This document shows positions 19,188 through 31,171 of a DNA stretch of 64,000 nucleotides, piece after piece; position 1 is the stretch's first letter; every line of letters begins with the position of its first letter. The translations under genes and the position numbers were made by a program. Source of the stretch: an uncultured Alphaproteobacteria bacterium (lineage in GTDB: Bacteria > Pseudomonadota > Alphaproteobacteria > Rhizobiales > Beijerinckiaceae); assembly GCA_963709655.1 (NCBI GenBank), contig CAVPXF010000015.1, positions 4,680 through 68,679 on the forward strand, read 5' to 3'. The notes below the pieces were generated by a model. That model was not told where the DNA came from, did no database searches, and saw only the letters and a program-made list of their open reading frames with translations.

Positions 19188-20654
19188 CTATTCCGGCGCC
19201 TTGCCGAGCGGAATGCCGTTGACCTTGATCGAACGGTCCGGGCCGATTTCGACGAGCCAGCTGATCGCCCCGTTGGGTTCCGCCTTGGCGAGGCCCTTGG
19301 CCATGGCCACCGCGGGCAGCGCCTTGCCGGCCACCGCGGGCCCAAGCGCCTGGATCGCGGTCATCGTCTTGTCGAAGTTGCGCATCCGGATCGTCACCGC
19401 GCCCGAAGGCTTGCCGACGACGTAATGCACTTCGCCCTGGATATCGGCGTCGAGCGCCGGCGCGACCACATGCGATGTGGCGATCACGATCTTGAGCGGC
19501 CCGGCTCCGAGCAAAGCTTTCGACACCTTGGCCGAATCGGCCTCGGAGATCGCCGGCCCGGGGCCGCCGAGATGCAGGCTGTCGATTGCCTGACCGGCGG
19601 CGGCGGCGAGGTCGATCCCCTTGACCGTAAGGGCGAGGTCGATCTCCGAGGGGGTGAGGTCGGTCGCGTTTTGCGGCACAAGGCCGACGGGAAGGCTGAG
19701 TCCGTCGGCGCTGATGGTCGTATCGATCGAGCTGTCGGGGCCCGCGTTCGCCACGCCGATGGCGAACTTGGCGCCGTCGAGCGCGACCGCGCCCATCTGC
19801 GAGCCGAACATCAGCTTCGAAGCTTCCCCGCCCTCGACAAAACGCAGGCCCGGCGACGCCAGCGGCCTCAGCGCGTCTTTCAGTTCCCCCTCATGCGCCG
19901 CGAGATCGTCGCGATGGGCGGAGAGGAAGATGACGAGGTCGAAAAGCTTTCTCGACTTCAGTCCGTCGACGCCGACGTTGAACGCGGCGTCGCCGATTCG
20001 GCCGCTGGCGCCGATGGGCTTCCCCCCCTTGTCGGTCCCGGAGACCTTGAAGGCGATGTCGTGAATCTCCTCCTTGGCGGTGCTGGACACGGAGCCGTCC
20101 GCGTTGACGCTCGTGGCGCAATCGGCCTTGAGCGGTCCGAAATCGAAGGTCTGGTTGAGCTTTGGCCCCGTGACGTCCACGCTTCCCTTGTCGGCGCTCG
20201 CCGCGCAACTGACAAACCAGGCGAGAGTCGGGTCGATCACCGTCGTCTGATGGTAATTGTCGATCTTGGTGACGCCCGTCATATCGTTGGCGTGCGAGAC
20301 GATGGTCGGAAAGGCGTCCTGAACGACGCGCCACTTGCCGTCGTCCTGCTCGAAGAGATTGACCACAAGGGTCGCGGGATCGTAGGCCACGTCCGCCCCG
20401 CCGGCCTTGAAGAGGCCGTTCATCGCGGCGAGGTCCATCGAGGCGACATAATGCTGACCGTTCGCCTTTACGGTGACGAGGGACGATTCGCCCGCGGGCG
20501 GCGCGGGCAGGAACCGGTCGAAGAACGTCTGGAGGTTTTGGGCCCCCTCTGGCGTCGCGGACCTGTCGCCGGCGAAGGCGGGGGCGGCAAGAAGCGTCGC
20601 GCCGGCGAACAGCGCGGCTTGGGCCGCGCGACGGCGAAGGACAATCGCAATCAT
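19188..20654 (-). CDS. Hypothetical exported protein
   Basis: Signal peptide (RRR..LLAAPAFA), 488 aa, ends IKVNGIPLG. Confidence 0.75.
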   Translation of the reverse strand: MIAIVLRRRAAQAALFAGATLLAAPAFAGDRSATPEGAQNLQTFFDRFLPAPPAGESSLVTVKANGQHYVASMDLAAMNGLFKAGGADVAYDPATLVVNLFEQDDGKWRVVQDAFPTIVSHANDMTGVTKIDNYHQTTVIDPTLAWFVSCAASADKGSVDVTGPKLNQTFDFGPLKADCATSVNADGSVSSTAKEEIHDIAFKVSGTDKGGKPIGASGRIGDAAFNVGVDGLKSRKLFDLVIFLSAHRDDLAAHEGELKDALRPLASPGLRFVEGGEASKLMFGSQMGAVALDGAKFAIGVANAGPDSSIDTTISADGLSLPVGLVPQNATDLTPSEIDLALTVKGIDLAAAAGQAIDSLHLGGPGPAISEADSAKVSKALLGAGPLKIVIATSHVVAPALDADIQGEVHYVVGKPSGAVTIRMRNFDKTMTAIQALGPAVAGKALPAVAMAKGLAKAEPNGAISWLVEIGPDRSIKVNGIPLGKAPE

Positions 20655-20742
20655 GATGAAAACCTGTCTGAACTCGAAAGGACGCCGACAGTCTATCTCA
20701 ATTCCGGCTCGAGCGCGCCCGTCGTGACGTCTCCGGCGCCGC

Positions 20743-21645
20743 TCAGGACGCCGGCAGCGCCGCGGGCGTCGGCTTCGGCGCCAGCGCCTTGGCGACCCCG
20801 GCCTTGACCGCCGCCTGAACCTTCTCGAAGGCCCTGACCTCGATCTGCCGCACACGCTCGCGCGAGACGCCGAATTCCGCCGACAGTTCCTCGAGCGTGA
20901 TCGGATCCTCGGCCAGCCGGCGCGCCTCGAAAATCCGCCGTTCGCGCGGGTTCAAAACCGACAAAGCGCCCCTCAGCGCGCCGAGGCGCGTGTCGGCCTC
21001 CTCGCGTTCGGCGAGTTGGGACTCCTGGTCGGGCGAATCGTCGACCAGCCAGTCTTGCCACTCGCCTTCGCCCTCCTCGCGCAGCGGCGCGTTGAGCGAG
21101 GCGTCGCCGCCGAGCCGGCGGTTCATGTCGATCACGTCCTGCTTCGCCACGCCGAGACGCTTGGAGATCGATTCGACCTGATCGTCGCGCAGGTCCCCCT
21201 CGTCGAGGGCGGAGATGCGGCTCTTGGCCTTACGCAGGTTGAAGAACAGCTTCTTCTGGCTGGCCGTGGTGCCCATCTTCACCAGCGACCACGAGCGCAA
21301 AATGTATTCCTGGATCGAGGCGCGAATCCACCACATCGCATAGGTCGCGAGCTTGAACCCCTTATCGGGCTCGAATCGCTTCACCGCCTGCATCAGGCCG
21401 ACGTTGCCTTCGGAGATCACCTCGCCGATCGGCAGGCCGTAGCCGCGATAGCCCATGGCGATCTTGGCGACCAGCCGCAAATGCGACGTCACAAGCTTGT
21501 GGGCCGCCTCGCGGTCGCCGTGCTCGCGCCAGCGCTTGGCGAGCATATATTCTTCCTGCGGCTCCAGCATCGGGAACCGCTTGATCTCCTGCAAGTACCG
21601 GGCAAGGCCCGACTCGCTGGCGATAACGGGTAGCGACGCGGCCAT
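20743..21645 (-). CDS. rpoH: RNA polymerase sigma-32 factor
   Basis: RpoH box QKKLFFNLR, WWIRASIQEYILRSW, SRERVRQIE. Confidence 0.96.
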   Translation of the reverse strand: MAASLPVIASESGLARYLQEIKRFPMLEPQEEYMLAKRWREHGDREAAHKLVTSHLRLVAKIAMGYRGYGLPIGEVISEGNVGLMQAVKRFEPDKGFKLATYAMWWIRASIQEYILRSWSLVKMGTTASQKKLFFNLRKAKSRISALDEGDLRDDQVESISKRLGVAKQDVIDMNRRLGGDASLNAPLREEGEGEWQDWLVDDSPDQESQLAEREEADTRLGALRGALSVLNPRERRIFEARRLAEDPITLEELSAEFGVSRERVRQIEVRAFEKVQAAVKAGVAKALAPKPTPAALPAS

Positions 21646-21797
21646 GTGGTCCTCCAGTCGGAGCCCGGTTCAAGGCCGTCTCCGTCGGCGCTATGGCCGG
21701 ACGCATATCTTGGGCGGGCAAGCGTGGCCGAATAAAGGCCAACCCAAGACGGCAAATCGGAACCTCCAAGGTATTATATCCGCTTTATAAATTGGGT

Positions 21798-22888
21798 TCA
21801 CCCCGCCTCGCCGACGCGCAACTCCTTGATCAGACGCCACAAATCCGGAGGGGGCGGGCTCTCGAAACGCAGTCGCTCGCCGGTGACCGGATGCTCGAAG
21901 CCGAGCGTCGTTGCGTGCAGCGCCTGCCGGTCAAGCGCGGCGAGCGCCTGTCTCGCGCCCTCGGACAAATGGGCGGCCTTGGTCTTGAAGCCCGCGCCGT
22001 AGACCGAATCGCCGAGCAAGGGATGTCCCGTGGAGGCCATGTGCACCCGGATCTGATGCGTGCGTCCCGTCTCCAGCCGGCAGACGATCAGGCTCGCCGA
22101 CCCGAACGCCTCCTCGACCCGCCAGTGGGTGACCGCGTGGCGGCCGCGCTCGTCCGGCACGACCGCCATCTTCTCGCGATGGCGCCGATGCCGGCCGATC
22201 GCGGCCTCGACCTTGCCCGCCGAGACGTCGAAAGCTCCCCAGACCAGGGCGAGATATTCGCGGGTCAGGGAACCACTGCGGCCGTGATCGGCGAAGAGGT
22301 CGGCGAGGCCCTGATGGGCCGCGTCGGTCTTGGCGACGACGAGAAGCCCAGACGTGTCCTTGTCCAGCCGGTGGACGATGCCCGGCCGCCGCACCCCGCC
22401 GATTCCCGAGAGGCTCTCGCCGCAATGGCCGATCAGCGCATGCACCAATGTGCCCTCGGCGTGGCCCGGCGCGGGGTGGACGACGAGGCCGGCGGGCTTA
22501 TCGATCACGATCAGGTGCTCGTCCTCGAAGACGACGGCGAGCGGCAGCTTCTCGCCGCTGAGCGGCGCCTCCGACGGCGGCGGCGCCTCGAACCGGATGC
22601 TCTGCCCTTCCGCGAGCTTCGCCGCCGGGTCCAAGGCTGCGGCGCCGTCGACGAACACCTCGCCGGCCTCGATGAGCGCCCGGATCCGCGTGCGCGACAG
22701 GGCCAGACGCCGCCCGGCCGCGGCCTGACCGAGAAATCGGTCGAGACGTTCGCCCGCCCCGGCGGCCTCGACCTCGAACGCCTGCGGTCCGACCGCAGCG
22801 ACAAGCGGCGTTCGGGCCGCTTTCGGGGGGTTGACATCCGCCCCGGACCCCGGCTCGCCCGAGGAGGCGCGGCGTTTGGCGTTGGCGT

Positions 22889-22892
<4 letters not shown>
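21798..22892 (-). CDS. rluD: RluA-family pseudouridine synthase (RluD-like)
   Basis: S4 domain, KPAGLVVHP, GIVHRLDKDTSG, LETGRTHQIRVH, QALHA. Confidence 0.9.
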
Positions 22893-23944
<1,052 letters not shown>

Positions 23945-24065
23945 GCAAGCTCACGGCCCTTCGTTGTGCGCGGGCGCGCGACCTGCTAGGGCTGGCGCTG
24001 CACGCAAAGAGTTCTGCCGAAACGAGTGACCGAAGCCCGACCGAGCCGTCTCAGGAGACGACCCC

Positions 24066-25840
24066 ATGCCGGATGCCGCCGACCGACCCCGGTTTCTGCT
24101 ATTCTTGATCAAACCGTCGCATTACGACGACGACGGATACGTGATTTAATGGCGTCGCTCGGCGTTGCCGTCGAACTCGCTCGCCTGTCTCTACGGCATC
24201 GCCAAGGACGCCATCGAATTGGGCGCGCTCGGACCCGAGGCCGATCCGGAAATCATTGTCATCGACGAGACCAACACCCGCGTCCAGGCGGAGCGAATCG
24301 TCCGGCAGATCGCCGCGGCCGGCGGGCGCGGGCTGGTCGGCTTCGTCGGCGCGCAGTCGAACCAGTTCCCGCGGGTGATGGACGTCGCCCGCCCGCTGCG
24401 CGCCGCGGGCGTTCAGGTCGCGATCGGCGGCTTCCACGTCTCGGGATGTCTGGCCATGCTGCCGGAGACGCCGGATTTGCTCAAGGACGCGCTCGACCTT
24501 GGGATTTCGCTGTTCGCCGGCGAGGCCGAGGGGCGTTTCGCCGACGTTCTACGCGACGCGGCGGCCGGTTCCCTGAAGCCGATCTACAATTACCTCGACA
24601 ACCTGCCGAACCTCGACGGCGCGACCGCCCCCTATCTGCCGAAGGAGAAGGTCGGCCGGTCGATCGGCATGATCTCGAGCTTCGACGCCGGCCGCGGCTG
24701 TCCCTTCCTGTGCTCGTTCTGCACGATCATCAATGTGCAGGGGCGCAAGTCGCGCTACCGCACCGCCGACGACATCGAGCGGGTGGTGCGCGCCAATCAT
24801 GCCAACGGCGTCCGCTATTTCTTCATCACCGACGACAATCTCGCCCGTAACCGCAACTGGGAGGACATTTTCGACCGGCTCATCACGTTGCGGCAGGAAG
24901 GGATCAATTCGCGCTTCGTGATCCAGGTCGACACGATGTGCCACAAGATCCCGCGGTTCGTCGAAAAGGCGGCGGCGGCCGGGGTGAAGCGCGTCTTCAT
25001 CGGGCTCGAGAACATCAATCCGGACAGCCTGAGCGGCGCCAAGAAGAAGCAGAACCACATCTCCGACTATCGCGAGATGCTGCTGGCGTGGCGACGGGTC
25101 CGCTGCATCACCTATTGCGGCTACATTATCGGCTTCCCCAACGACACGCCGGAATTGATTGTCCGCGACATCAAGGTGATTCAGCGCGAGCTGCCGCTCG
25201 ACATTTTGCAGTTCTCCTGCCTGACCCCCCTGCCCGGCAGCGAGGACCATGCCAAGATGACCGCGGCGGGGGCTTCGATCGACCCGGACCTGAACAAGTT
25301 CGATCTCGAGCATGTCGTCTGCGACCATCCGCGGATGAGCCGGGCGGACTGGCAGGACGCCTATCATTCGGCGTGGAGCGCCTATTACACCGACGAGCAC
25401 ATGAAGACGGTGATCCGCCGCGCCGGCGCCGGGGGCCCGCGCGTCGACACCGTCGCCTTCCTGATGGTCGCGTTCTGGGCGGCGAGCACGCTCTACAACA
25501 TCTATCCGCTCGAGGCGGGCCTCCTGCGGCGCAAATACCGGCTCGACCGCCGGCCCGGCCTGCCGATCGAGAACCCGCTCGTCTTCTATCCGAGGGAAGC
25601 GGCGACGTTCCTCGCCAACCACGCAAAGATCGCGATGAAGTTCGCCAAGATGTGGGGGTTCATGCGCGGCGTGCTCGCCGATCCCAACGCGAAGGCCTAC
25701 ACCGACGAGGCGCTGCGGACGTCCGACGACTACGACCATCAGGAATTGTACCAGCTCTCCGATTGGCTCGTGCGGCCGGCGCGAGGGCGAAGCGGATCGA
25801 GGAACACAAGCACGACGCCCCGGCCGAGGCGGCGGAATAG
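24066..25840 (+). pseudogene. B12-binding radical SAM protein with in-frame TAA at 24147 and probable C-terminal frameshift near 25763
   Basis: LIKPSHYDDDGYVI*W, GGFHVSG, GRGCPFLCSFC, FFITDDN, LTPLPGS. Confidence 0.75.
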
Positions 25841-25894
25841 CCGAAGGGGCGGCGACAGAGGCTGCGCGTGATGACATTGGGTCGCGCCAGCGAA

Positions 25895-25993
25895 CCCTCA
25901 CCCTGCCGCTTCGCGGCCTCCCTCTCCCAGAGGGAGAGGGCGGGCGTCCCCTTCCCCCTCGGGGGGAAGGTGGCCCGAAGGGCCGGATGAGGG
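25895..25993. repeat. Palindromic intergenic repeat doublet
   Basis: Near-identical to 17451-17550; abuts element at 26000. Confidence 0.85.
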
Positions 25994-25999
25994 TCTCCG

Positions 26000-26372
26000 G
26001 CGCGAGACATTTGGATTTCCTCAGGCCTACGCGGGCGTGCATCGGGGCTCCGCGAATTCCCGGCATTTGGGCGGTTGGATTTGTTTGGAATTCCTTGGAT
26101 TCTCTCGTCCGAAATGAGCCTTTTCAATGGGTTACACGCGACCCCGGCGGATTTTTATTTTTCAGTGGCCTTTTCCCGCGGCATGCGTCGAAACGGCCGG
26201 CCGCCGTCGATCCGAAGGTCGACCGCGACGAAACGCCCCGCCGGGCGGAAAAAAGCTTGGCGCGCTCATGGATCATGGGAGTCGACATCGCAAAGGTCCG
26301 ATTGGGCATTGGGAACAGACTACTGCCGCCTTCGCTTCTTGGCAAGGAATTGTCGATTTGGTACGATTTTAT
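26000..26372 (-). mobile_element. Dispersed promoter-bearing element, copy 2 (61-aa leaderless ORF 26309-26124)
   Basis: Homologous to 55809-56168 at both ends; TTGCCA(26345-26340)-17-TAGTCT(26322-26317)-7-ATG; motif 26136-26111. Confidence 0.65.
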
Positions 26373-26939
26373 AGAAGAATAAAGCCAATCGCCTATGTAA
26401 ATTTTGGCGTCCAAAAGGACGGCCACAGTCGCGCGCCGCGACCGAAACGTTCGTTTAGCGTCAGATACCAAAGGCGTATGTTAAACACCTGCCGTACAAT
26501 AAATAGATTAGGGCGACCCAAACAGCGATGTTAGCGCGTCCGCCGAAGGCCGAAGCACGGAGATTCGTCTGATGCTCGCGGTGGCCGACGCCGGTAGGAA
26601 CCGCAGCGCCGGTAGGCGCAGGGAACTGCGCGGGCGCCGCCGGTTGCCGTCACGGGAACAGCGAACCGGTATCCGGGGGAGGAGTCAATCGCGTACGCAG
26701 CAGATAAGCCAGCGAGGGAGGCCCGGCGACCCGGCTTCGAAGAATCGCCTGTCGCCATCACGGAAACGGTGATCGTCGCGACGAAGCGATAAATCGGTCT
26801 GTCTTCGCTTGTGCATGCTATCGATGGTCGTCGTGCACGAAGACGAATAACCGATATTGTCCGCTGTTGTCTTTACCGGCCTTGGGCTCGCTCTTTATCT
26901 AGGCATTGTGGTCGCGCTCGGCGTCCATCGCAAGCAACA

Positions 26940-27125
26940 ATGAGATCGATTGTGCCGCCACAGGTATTAGCTGAGCTAATAATCGATACGCTTCAGGAAG
27001 CGCGTGATTTGACAATCAAGTTGGAGGCGAAAGTTCTCCAATACTTTGTCGAAATGGCGCTGCTCGAAGCCGCCGAGGTCGAGAGGGAACTGTTGTCCAA
27101 ACCTCGGCAGGAGCCGAGCTCATAG
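26940..27125 (+). CDS. Small hypothetical helical protein (61 aa)
   Basis: ELIIDTLQEARDL..VLQYFVEMALLEA amphipathic pattern. Confidence 0.45.
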   Translation: MRSIVPPQVLAELIIDTLQEARDLTIKLEAKVLQYFVEMALLEAAEVERELLSKPRQEPSS

Positions 27126-27337
27126 TTTCTTCCCGAGGAAGCGGCGACAACGGCAAGGCGGGCCAAGGCCGATTGCGAGCGTCGCCCGGTTCCGGTCCAT
27201 CGTCCGTCGGTTCGCACGACCGTCTCCCGAACAGCCGCTCGACGTCGGCGAGGGCGGCGCGACCCCCTGCCCAATCCTCCCCACAAGGGGTCACAAGGGG
27301 GATGGGATGTGGCCTCCCTTCGATGGGTTGAGGCGCG

Positions 27338-28045
27338 TCATGGCGAGACGGAACGAAGGCGCCGCTTGGCGTCAAAGGCGCGTCGCCAGCGGGCGCGCAG
27401 TTCGGGCGGCGCGACGCCGTGCCGCTCGTCGAGAAACTCTGCCGCGAGGATGCGGTCCGTGCGGAAATGGCGGAAATCCTGGCGCAGCTCGCACCAGGCC
27501 GCAAGCATCCGAACGGTTTCGGCGTAGCCGATCATCGCCGGCCAGATGATCCGTTCGCTCTCGCGCATCTGCTCGTCGCTGTAGCGGATGCGGATCTTTC
27601 TCCCGCCTCGAATCCAGGACCGCGTCCGGGCGATGTCGAGACCGTCGGCGGTCTTCACAAGACTTGGAGGCGCGCCGACGCTCGGCTCGTCGAGGAACGG
27701 AAGAAGCTCGTCGGGCACGACCGCGGCGATCTTGGCGATCAGGTCGCGCGCCGCGGCGGCCAGAACGACGTCGCCCTTGTCGGCCACCCATTGCGCGCCG
27801 AGCGCCGCGGCCTCCAGTTCGTCGGGCGTCAGCATCAGCGGCGGCATGTCGAAGTCGCGGTCGAGGACATAGCCGACGCCGGCCTCGCCGCGGATCGGCA
27901 CCCGCTGCCCGATGAGGTCCGCGACATCGCGATAGACAGACCGCTTCGACACTTCGAGTTCCTCGGCCAGAGCCGTCGCGGTGACCGGGCGCGGCGAACG
28001 CCGGAGGATCTGGATGATCTGAAACAAACGGTCGGCGCGACGCAT
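27338..28045 (-). CDS. YafY-family HTH-WYL regulator
   Basis: MRRADRLFQIIQIL, LEVSKRSVYRD, AWCELRQDFRHFRTDRI. Confidence 0.93.
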   Translation of the reverse strand: MRRADRLFQIIQILRRSPRPVTATALAEELEVSKRSVYRDVADLIGQRVPIRGEAGVGYVLDRDFDMPPLMLTPDELEAAALGAQWVADKGDVVLAAAARDLIAKIAAVVPDELLPFLDEPSVGAPPSLVKTADGLDIARTRSWIRGGRKIRIRYSDEQMRESERIIWPAMIGYAETVRMLAAWCELRQDFRHFRTDRILAAEFLDERHGVAPPELRARWRRAFDAKRRLRSVSP

Positions 28046-28056
28046 GAGCGGCTCCA

Positions 28057-28078
28057 TGCTGACAGCATGCTGGCGGCA
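28057..28078. promoter_or_regulatory. Candidate YafY operator
   Basis: Imperfect palindrome TGCTGACAG-CATG-CTGGCGGCA between divergent yafY-like and VOC genes. Confidence 0.6.
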
Positions 28079-28139
28079 GGGGGCGGTTAGAAGTCAAGCA
28101 TCGCCGCGCTTGCGGCTCGACCCCTCAAGGGAGAAGGCC

Positions 28140-28538
28140 ATGAATTTCGTCTCCGTTCGAATCGTCACAGACGACGTCAATCGACTCGTCGGCTTCTATG
28201 AGGCGATGACCGGCGTCGCTGCGGACCGGTACTCGGAAGACTTCGCTGAGCTTGTGACGCCCTCATGCACGCTGGCGATTGGCAGCGCGCGCGCGGTCGC
28301 GCGGTTCCAGGCGGGAGCGGCCCGCGCAGCCGACAACCGCAGCGTGATCATCGAATTCCGCGTCGAGGACGTCGACGCCGAATACCAGAGGCTCGCGGAC
28401 GTGATCGGCGAGGTCGTCCAGGCGCCCACGACCATGCCCTGGGGGAATCGCTCATTGCTGTTCCGCGATCCCGATGGCAACCTCATCAATCTCTTCGCGC
28501 CCGTGACAGCGGAGGCGATTAAGCGGTTCGACAGGTGA
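28140..28538 (+). CDS. VOC/glyoxalase family protein
   Basis: IEFRVEDVD, MPWGNRSLLFRDPDGNLI; AGGGAG RBS. Confidence 0.9.
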   Translation: MNFVSVRIVTDDVNRLVGFYEAMTGVAADRYSEDFAELVTPSCTLAIGSARAVARFQAGAARAADNRSVIIEFRVEDVDAEYQRLADVIGEVVQAPTTMPWGNRSLLFRDPDGNLINLFAPVTAEAIKRFDR

Positions 28539-28627
28539 CGTGCGAAGGCGCCGGCCGACGAGCCGCCCGCTTGGCGCCGGAGGCGAGATGAGCTGGAGGC
28601 AAGATGAAATGAGTCAGCGCCGGCTAA

Positions 28628-28674
28628 CCCTCACCTGCCGCTTCGCGGCTTCCCTCTCCCAAAGGGAGAGGGGG
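28628..28674. repeat. Palindromic intergenic repeat (single unit)
   Basis: CCCTCACCTGCCGCTTCGCGGCTTCCCTCTCCC..GGGAGAGGGG as at 17451. Confidence 0.8.
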
Positions 28675-28769
28675 TCCCGCGCGGCTCGTCGGCGTCGCCT
28701 TGCCCGGGCCGAGGGGCGTCGCTATAAGCGCCACGATTTTTCAGCCCGAACAATCCAGAGACCCGATCC

Positions 28770-29192
28770 ATGGCCATGCAGCGCACCTTCTCGATCCTCA
28801 AGCCCGACGTGACCCGCCGCAACCTGACCGGCGCGGTCAACGCCCGGATCGAGGCTGCGGGCCTCAGCATCGTCGCGCAGAAGCGGGTGCACATGACCAA
28901 GGCGCAAGCCGAGACGTTTTACGGCGTGCATCGCGAGCGGCCGTTCTTCGGCGAGCTGGTCGAGATGATGACCGCGGCGCCGGTGGTCGTGCAAGTGCTC
29001 GAAGGCGAGGACGCCATCGCCCGCTACCGCACGGTCATGGGCGCGACCAACCCCGAAAAGGCCGACGCCGGCACGATCCGCAAGGATTTCGCGTTGTCGA
29101 TGGGCGAGAATTCCGTGCACGGCTCCGACGCTCCCGAGACGGCGGCGCTCGAGATCGCGCAATGGTTTTCGGGCAACGAGATCGTGGGGTAG
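28770..29192 (+). CDS. ndk: Nucleoside diphosphate kinase
   Basis: [28 protein letters not shown]. Confidence 0.97.
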   Translation: MAMQRTFSILKPDVTRRNLTGAVNARIEAAGLSIVAQKRVHMTKAQAETFYGVHRERPFFGELVEMMTAAPVVVQVLEGEDAIARYRTVMGATNPEKADAGTIRKDFALSMGENSVHGSDAPETAALEIAQWFSGNEIVG

Positions 29193-29264
29193 GCGGTCGG
29201 AGACTTCCGCTCACTAATGACCGGAGTCAATGCGCGAGCCCCGCGGCAAGATCGGTAGCGAAAG

Positions 29265-29900
29265 CTACTTACTGCGCAGATAAGAAGCAACCTCGCTGCG
29301 GCCCAGAGCTGATATGTACTGAAGGACTTTGTATTGCTTGCTGTTGGCTCCGCTGGCTCTGGCTGCCGCTTCGAGCTTTTCTACAACTCCAGCGCCTAGT
29401 TTGTTTAGTATGAGAGTATTCACCTGCTCTTCTGTATTATTGATCAGCTTTGCAAAGATTCGGTTCTCCGCATCTTTTCTCATGTCCTCTTCTTTTTCGA
29501 TGGCTGCGCCGGCGGCGGCGTTTAGAGCCCGTCCAATCCAATCCTGAATCGTAAGAACCCCTTTATCAAACATTGTTATGTTCGTATTTTTCAGTATAGT
29601 TTCAAATCCAAAGACGCCGAAGAACGGCGCCAGAAGATAATAATACGGCTTCAAAGAAGGGGACAATTTTGTTACCGCCAAAGACGCCAATATTGTCGTA
29701 ACGACATTTCCGAAACAAAGTATCACGCAGTAAACAAGAGACTGAGTTACGAAGCAGGACCTCAGTGACGTCTTAGACTGCGCTGGGATCTGGATAACCG
29801 ACAGTAATACCGATGCAATCAAAGCAATTACAAACGCCCACAGAAAATCATCATGGGTCAGTAAGTCTTGAGACTGAGCACCTGCCGTCGTTTCACTCAT
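29265..29900 (-). CDS. Hypothetical membrane protein (about 3 TM plus helical C-terminus), low GC
   Basis: 211-aa ORF with AT-rich codons; hydrophobic segments FLWAFVIALIASVLLSVI, LVYCVILCFGNVVTTIL, YYYLLAPFFGVFGF. Confidence 0.75.
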   Translation of the reverse strand: MSETTAGAQSQDLLTHDDFLWAFVIALIASVLLSVIQIPAQSKTSLRSCFVTQSLVYCVILCFGNVVTTILASLAVTKLSPSLKPYYYLLAPFFGVFGFETILKNTNITMFDKGVLTIQDWIGRALNAAAGAAIEKEEDMRKDAENRIFAKLINNTEEQVNTLILNKLGAGVVEKLEAAARASGANSKQYKVLQYISALGRSEVASYLRSK

Positions 29901-30250
29901 CGCTCAGACATAGCGCGCAGTTTGCTAAGTCTCCTTCCAACGTCAAGACCCTCTCCGGTAACATAATACATATTGAAATCTTCGACTGGCGCTGCACTTT
30001 CCTTCACTAGATTTGCGTCTTTTAGGATCTCCACAGCCTTCCTTATTTGATCATTTATAGCCTCGCTTAACTGCACAGATGCTTGCCCGTTTGTAGGCTC
30101 GGTCAACTGCGCTGCCAATCCCGTCGGTTGGCCTTGAGTTCGTATCAAATCACGCAGTGCCTTAAAAGACAGCGCCCGACTATCCACGATTGTTGTGAAG
30201 ATCTTGTTCACGAGAGGTGCGGCCAGAATGACCATAAGATCAGGACCCAT
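29897..30250 (-). CDS. Hypothetical protein, possibly winged-helix-like, low GC
   Basis: IRKAVEILKDANLVKE..YYVTGEG pattern; AAGGA RBS; ATGA overlap with downstream gene. Confidence 0.7.
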   Translation of the reverse strand: MGPDLMVILAAPLVNKIFTTIVDSRALSFKALRDLIRTQGQPTGLAAQLTEPTNGQASVQLSEAINDQIRKAVEILKDANLVKESAAPVEDFNMYYVTGEGLDVGRRLSKLRAMSER

Positions 30251-30517
30251 CGCTACGTCCTTATTTTAAACCTTCCGACTCCGTCAATACGCTAACCTCA
30301 GCCTAGCAAAGTCACCCCAACTGCGCGCTCCATCAGACCCCTCGAGCCTATCGCATCTCGGACGATGCGACAACAAAAGGCTAATCCCTACGAGGGACCG
30401 ACGCCGCTTAAGTCAGGTCGATCAAGACATGCATCAAGATAGATCTAACGAATACATTCTGTATTTATTAGCACCCCGCCTCAACAGCTAAGTCGCGTAC
30501 TGGGCAGACGAGATCCG

Positions 30518-31171
30518 TCACCCTCTCGGCTTCGCTTTCAACGTGCGCGTCCAGAGCGCCTCCTCCATCCGCTCGGCGATCTCGCGAAGATGGGGGTTGC
30601 GCGCCTCGCGACCGGCTCGGCCGGCGTCGAGATCGCTCTGGAAGCCGTCGCGCTGCGGCCAATGCTCGGACAGGAGTTCGAAGCCCGCGTCCTCGATCGC
30701 CTCGACCGCCTTGGCGAACTGGGTCTCCGACCGTCCGACCTTCGACAGCACCAGGACGAGCCGCCCTTCGGCGCCCCGACGCGCCAGCCTGCGCGCCAGA
30801 GTGAACGTCGGCCGCAGATCGTCCTGCGACACCCCGGTCGGCAGAAAGACGACATCCGAATCCTCGGCGATCTCGGTGGAAAGGTCGTCGGCAAGGCCGC
30901 GGGTGTCGGCGACGATGAAGTCGACCACGCCATCGTCCTTGCGCAGCTTTTTCAGGCTCTTGAAGGCGCGGGTGTCGATCTCCGGCTCGATGCTGGCCCT
31001 GAGCCGCGCGGCGCTCCATTCGACGCAGGTGAGCTGATCGAGATCGAAATCGGCCAGCAGCGTCTTGCGCCCCCTATGGATCGCCCCCACCGCCAGCACG
31101 CGCGCGAGCGTGCTCTTGCCGACGCCGCCCTTCTGACTGACGAACGCCGCCGTTGTCGGAACCTTACTCAT
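30518..31171 (-). CDS. ParA family ATPase (orphan, short type)
   Basis: SQKGGVGKST deviant Walker A, LADFD, IVADT. Confidence 0.88.
   Translation of the reverse strand: MSKVPTTAAFVSQKGGVGKSTLARVLAVGAIHRGRKTLLADFDLDQLTCVEWSAARLRASIEPEIDTRAFKSLKKLRKDDGVVDFIVADTRGLADDLSTEIAEDSDVVFLPTGVSQDDLRPTFTLARRLARRGAEGRLVLVLSKVGRSETQFAKAVEAIEDAGFELLSEHWPQRDGFQSDLDAGRAGREARNPHLREIAERMEEALWTRTLKAKPRG

Noticed and set aside
30518-31171. Integrated plasmid or prophage
   Set aside because: No rep, parB, integrase or phage structural genes in the window.
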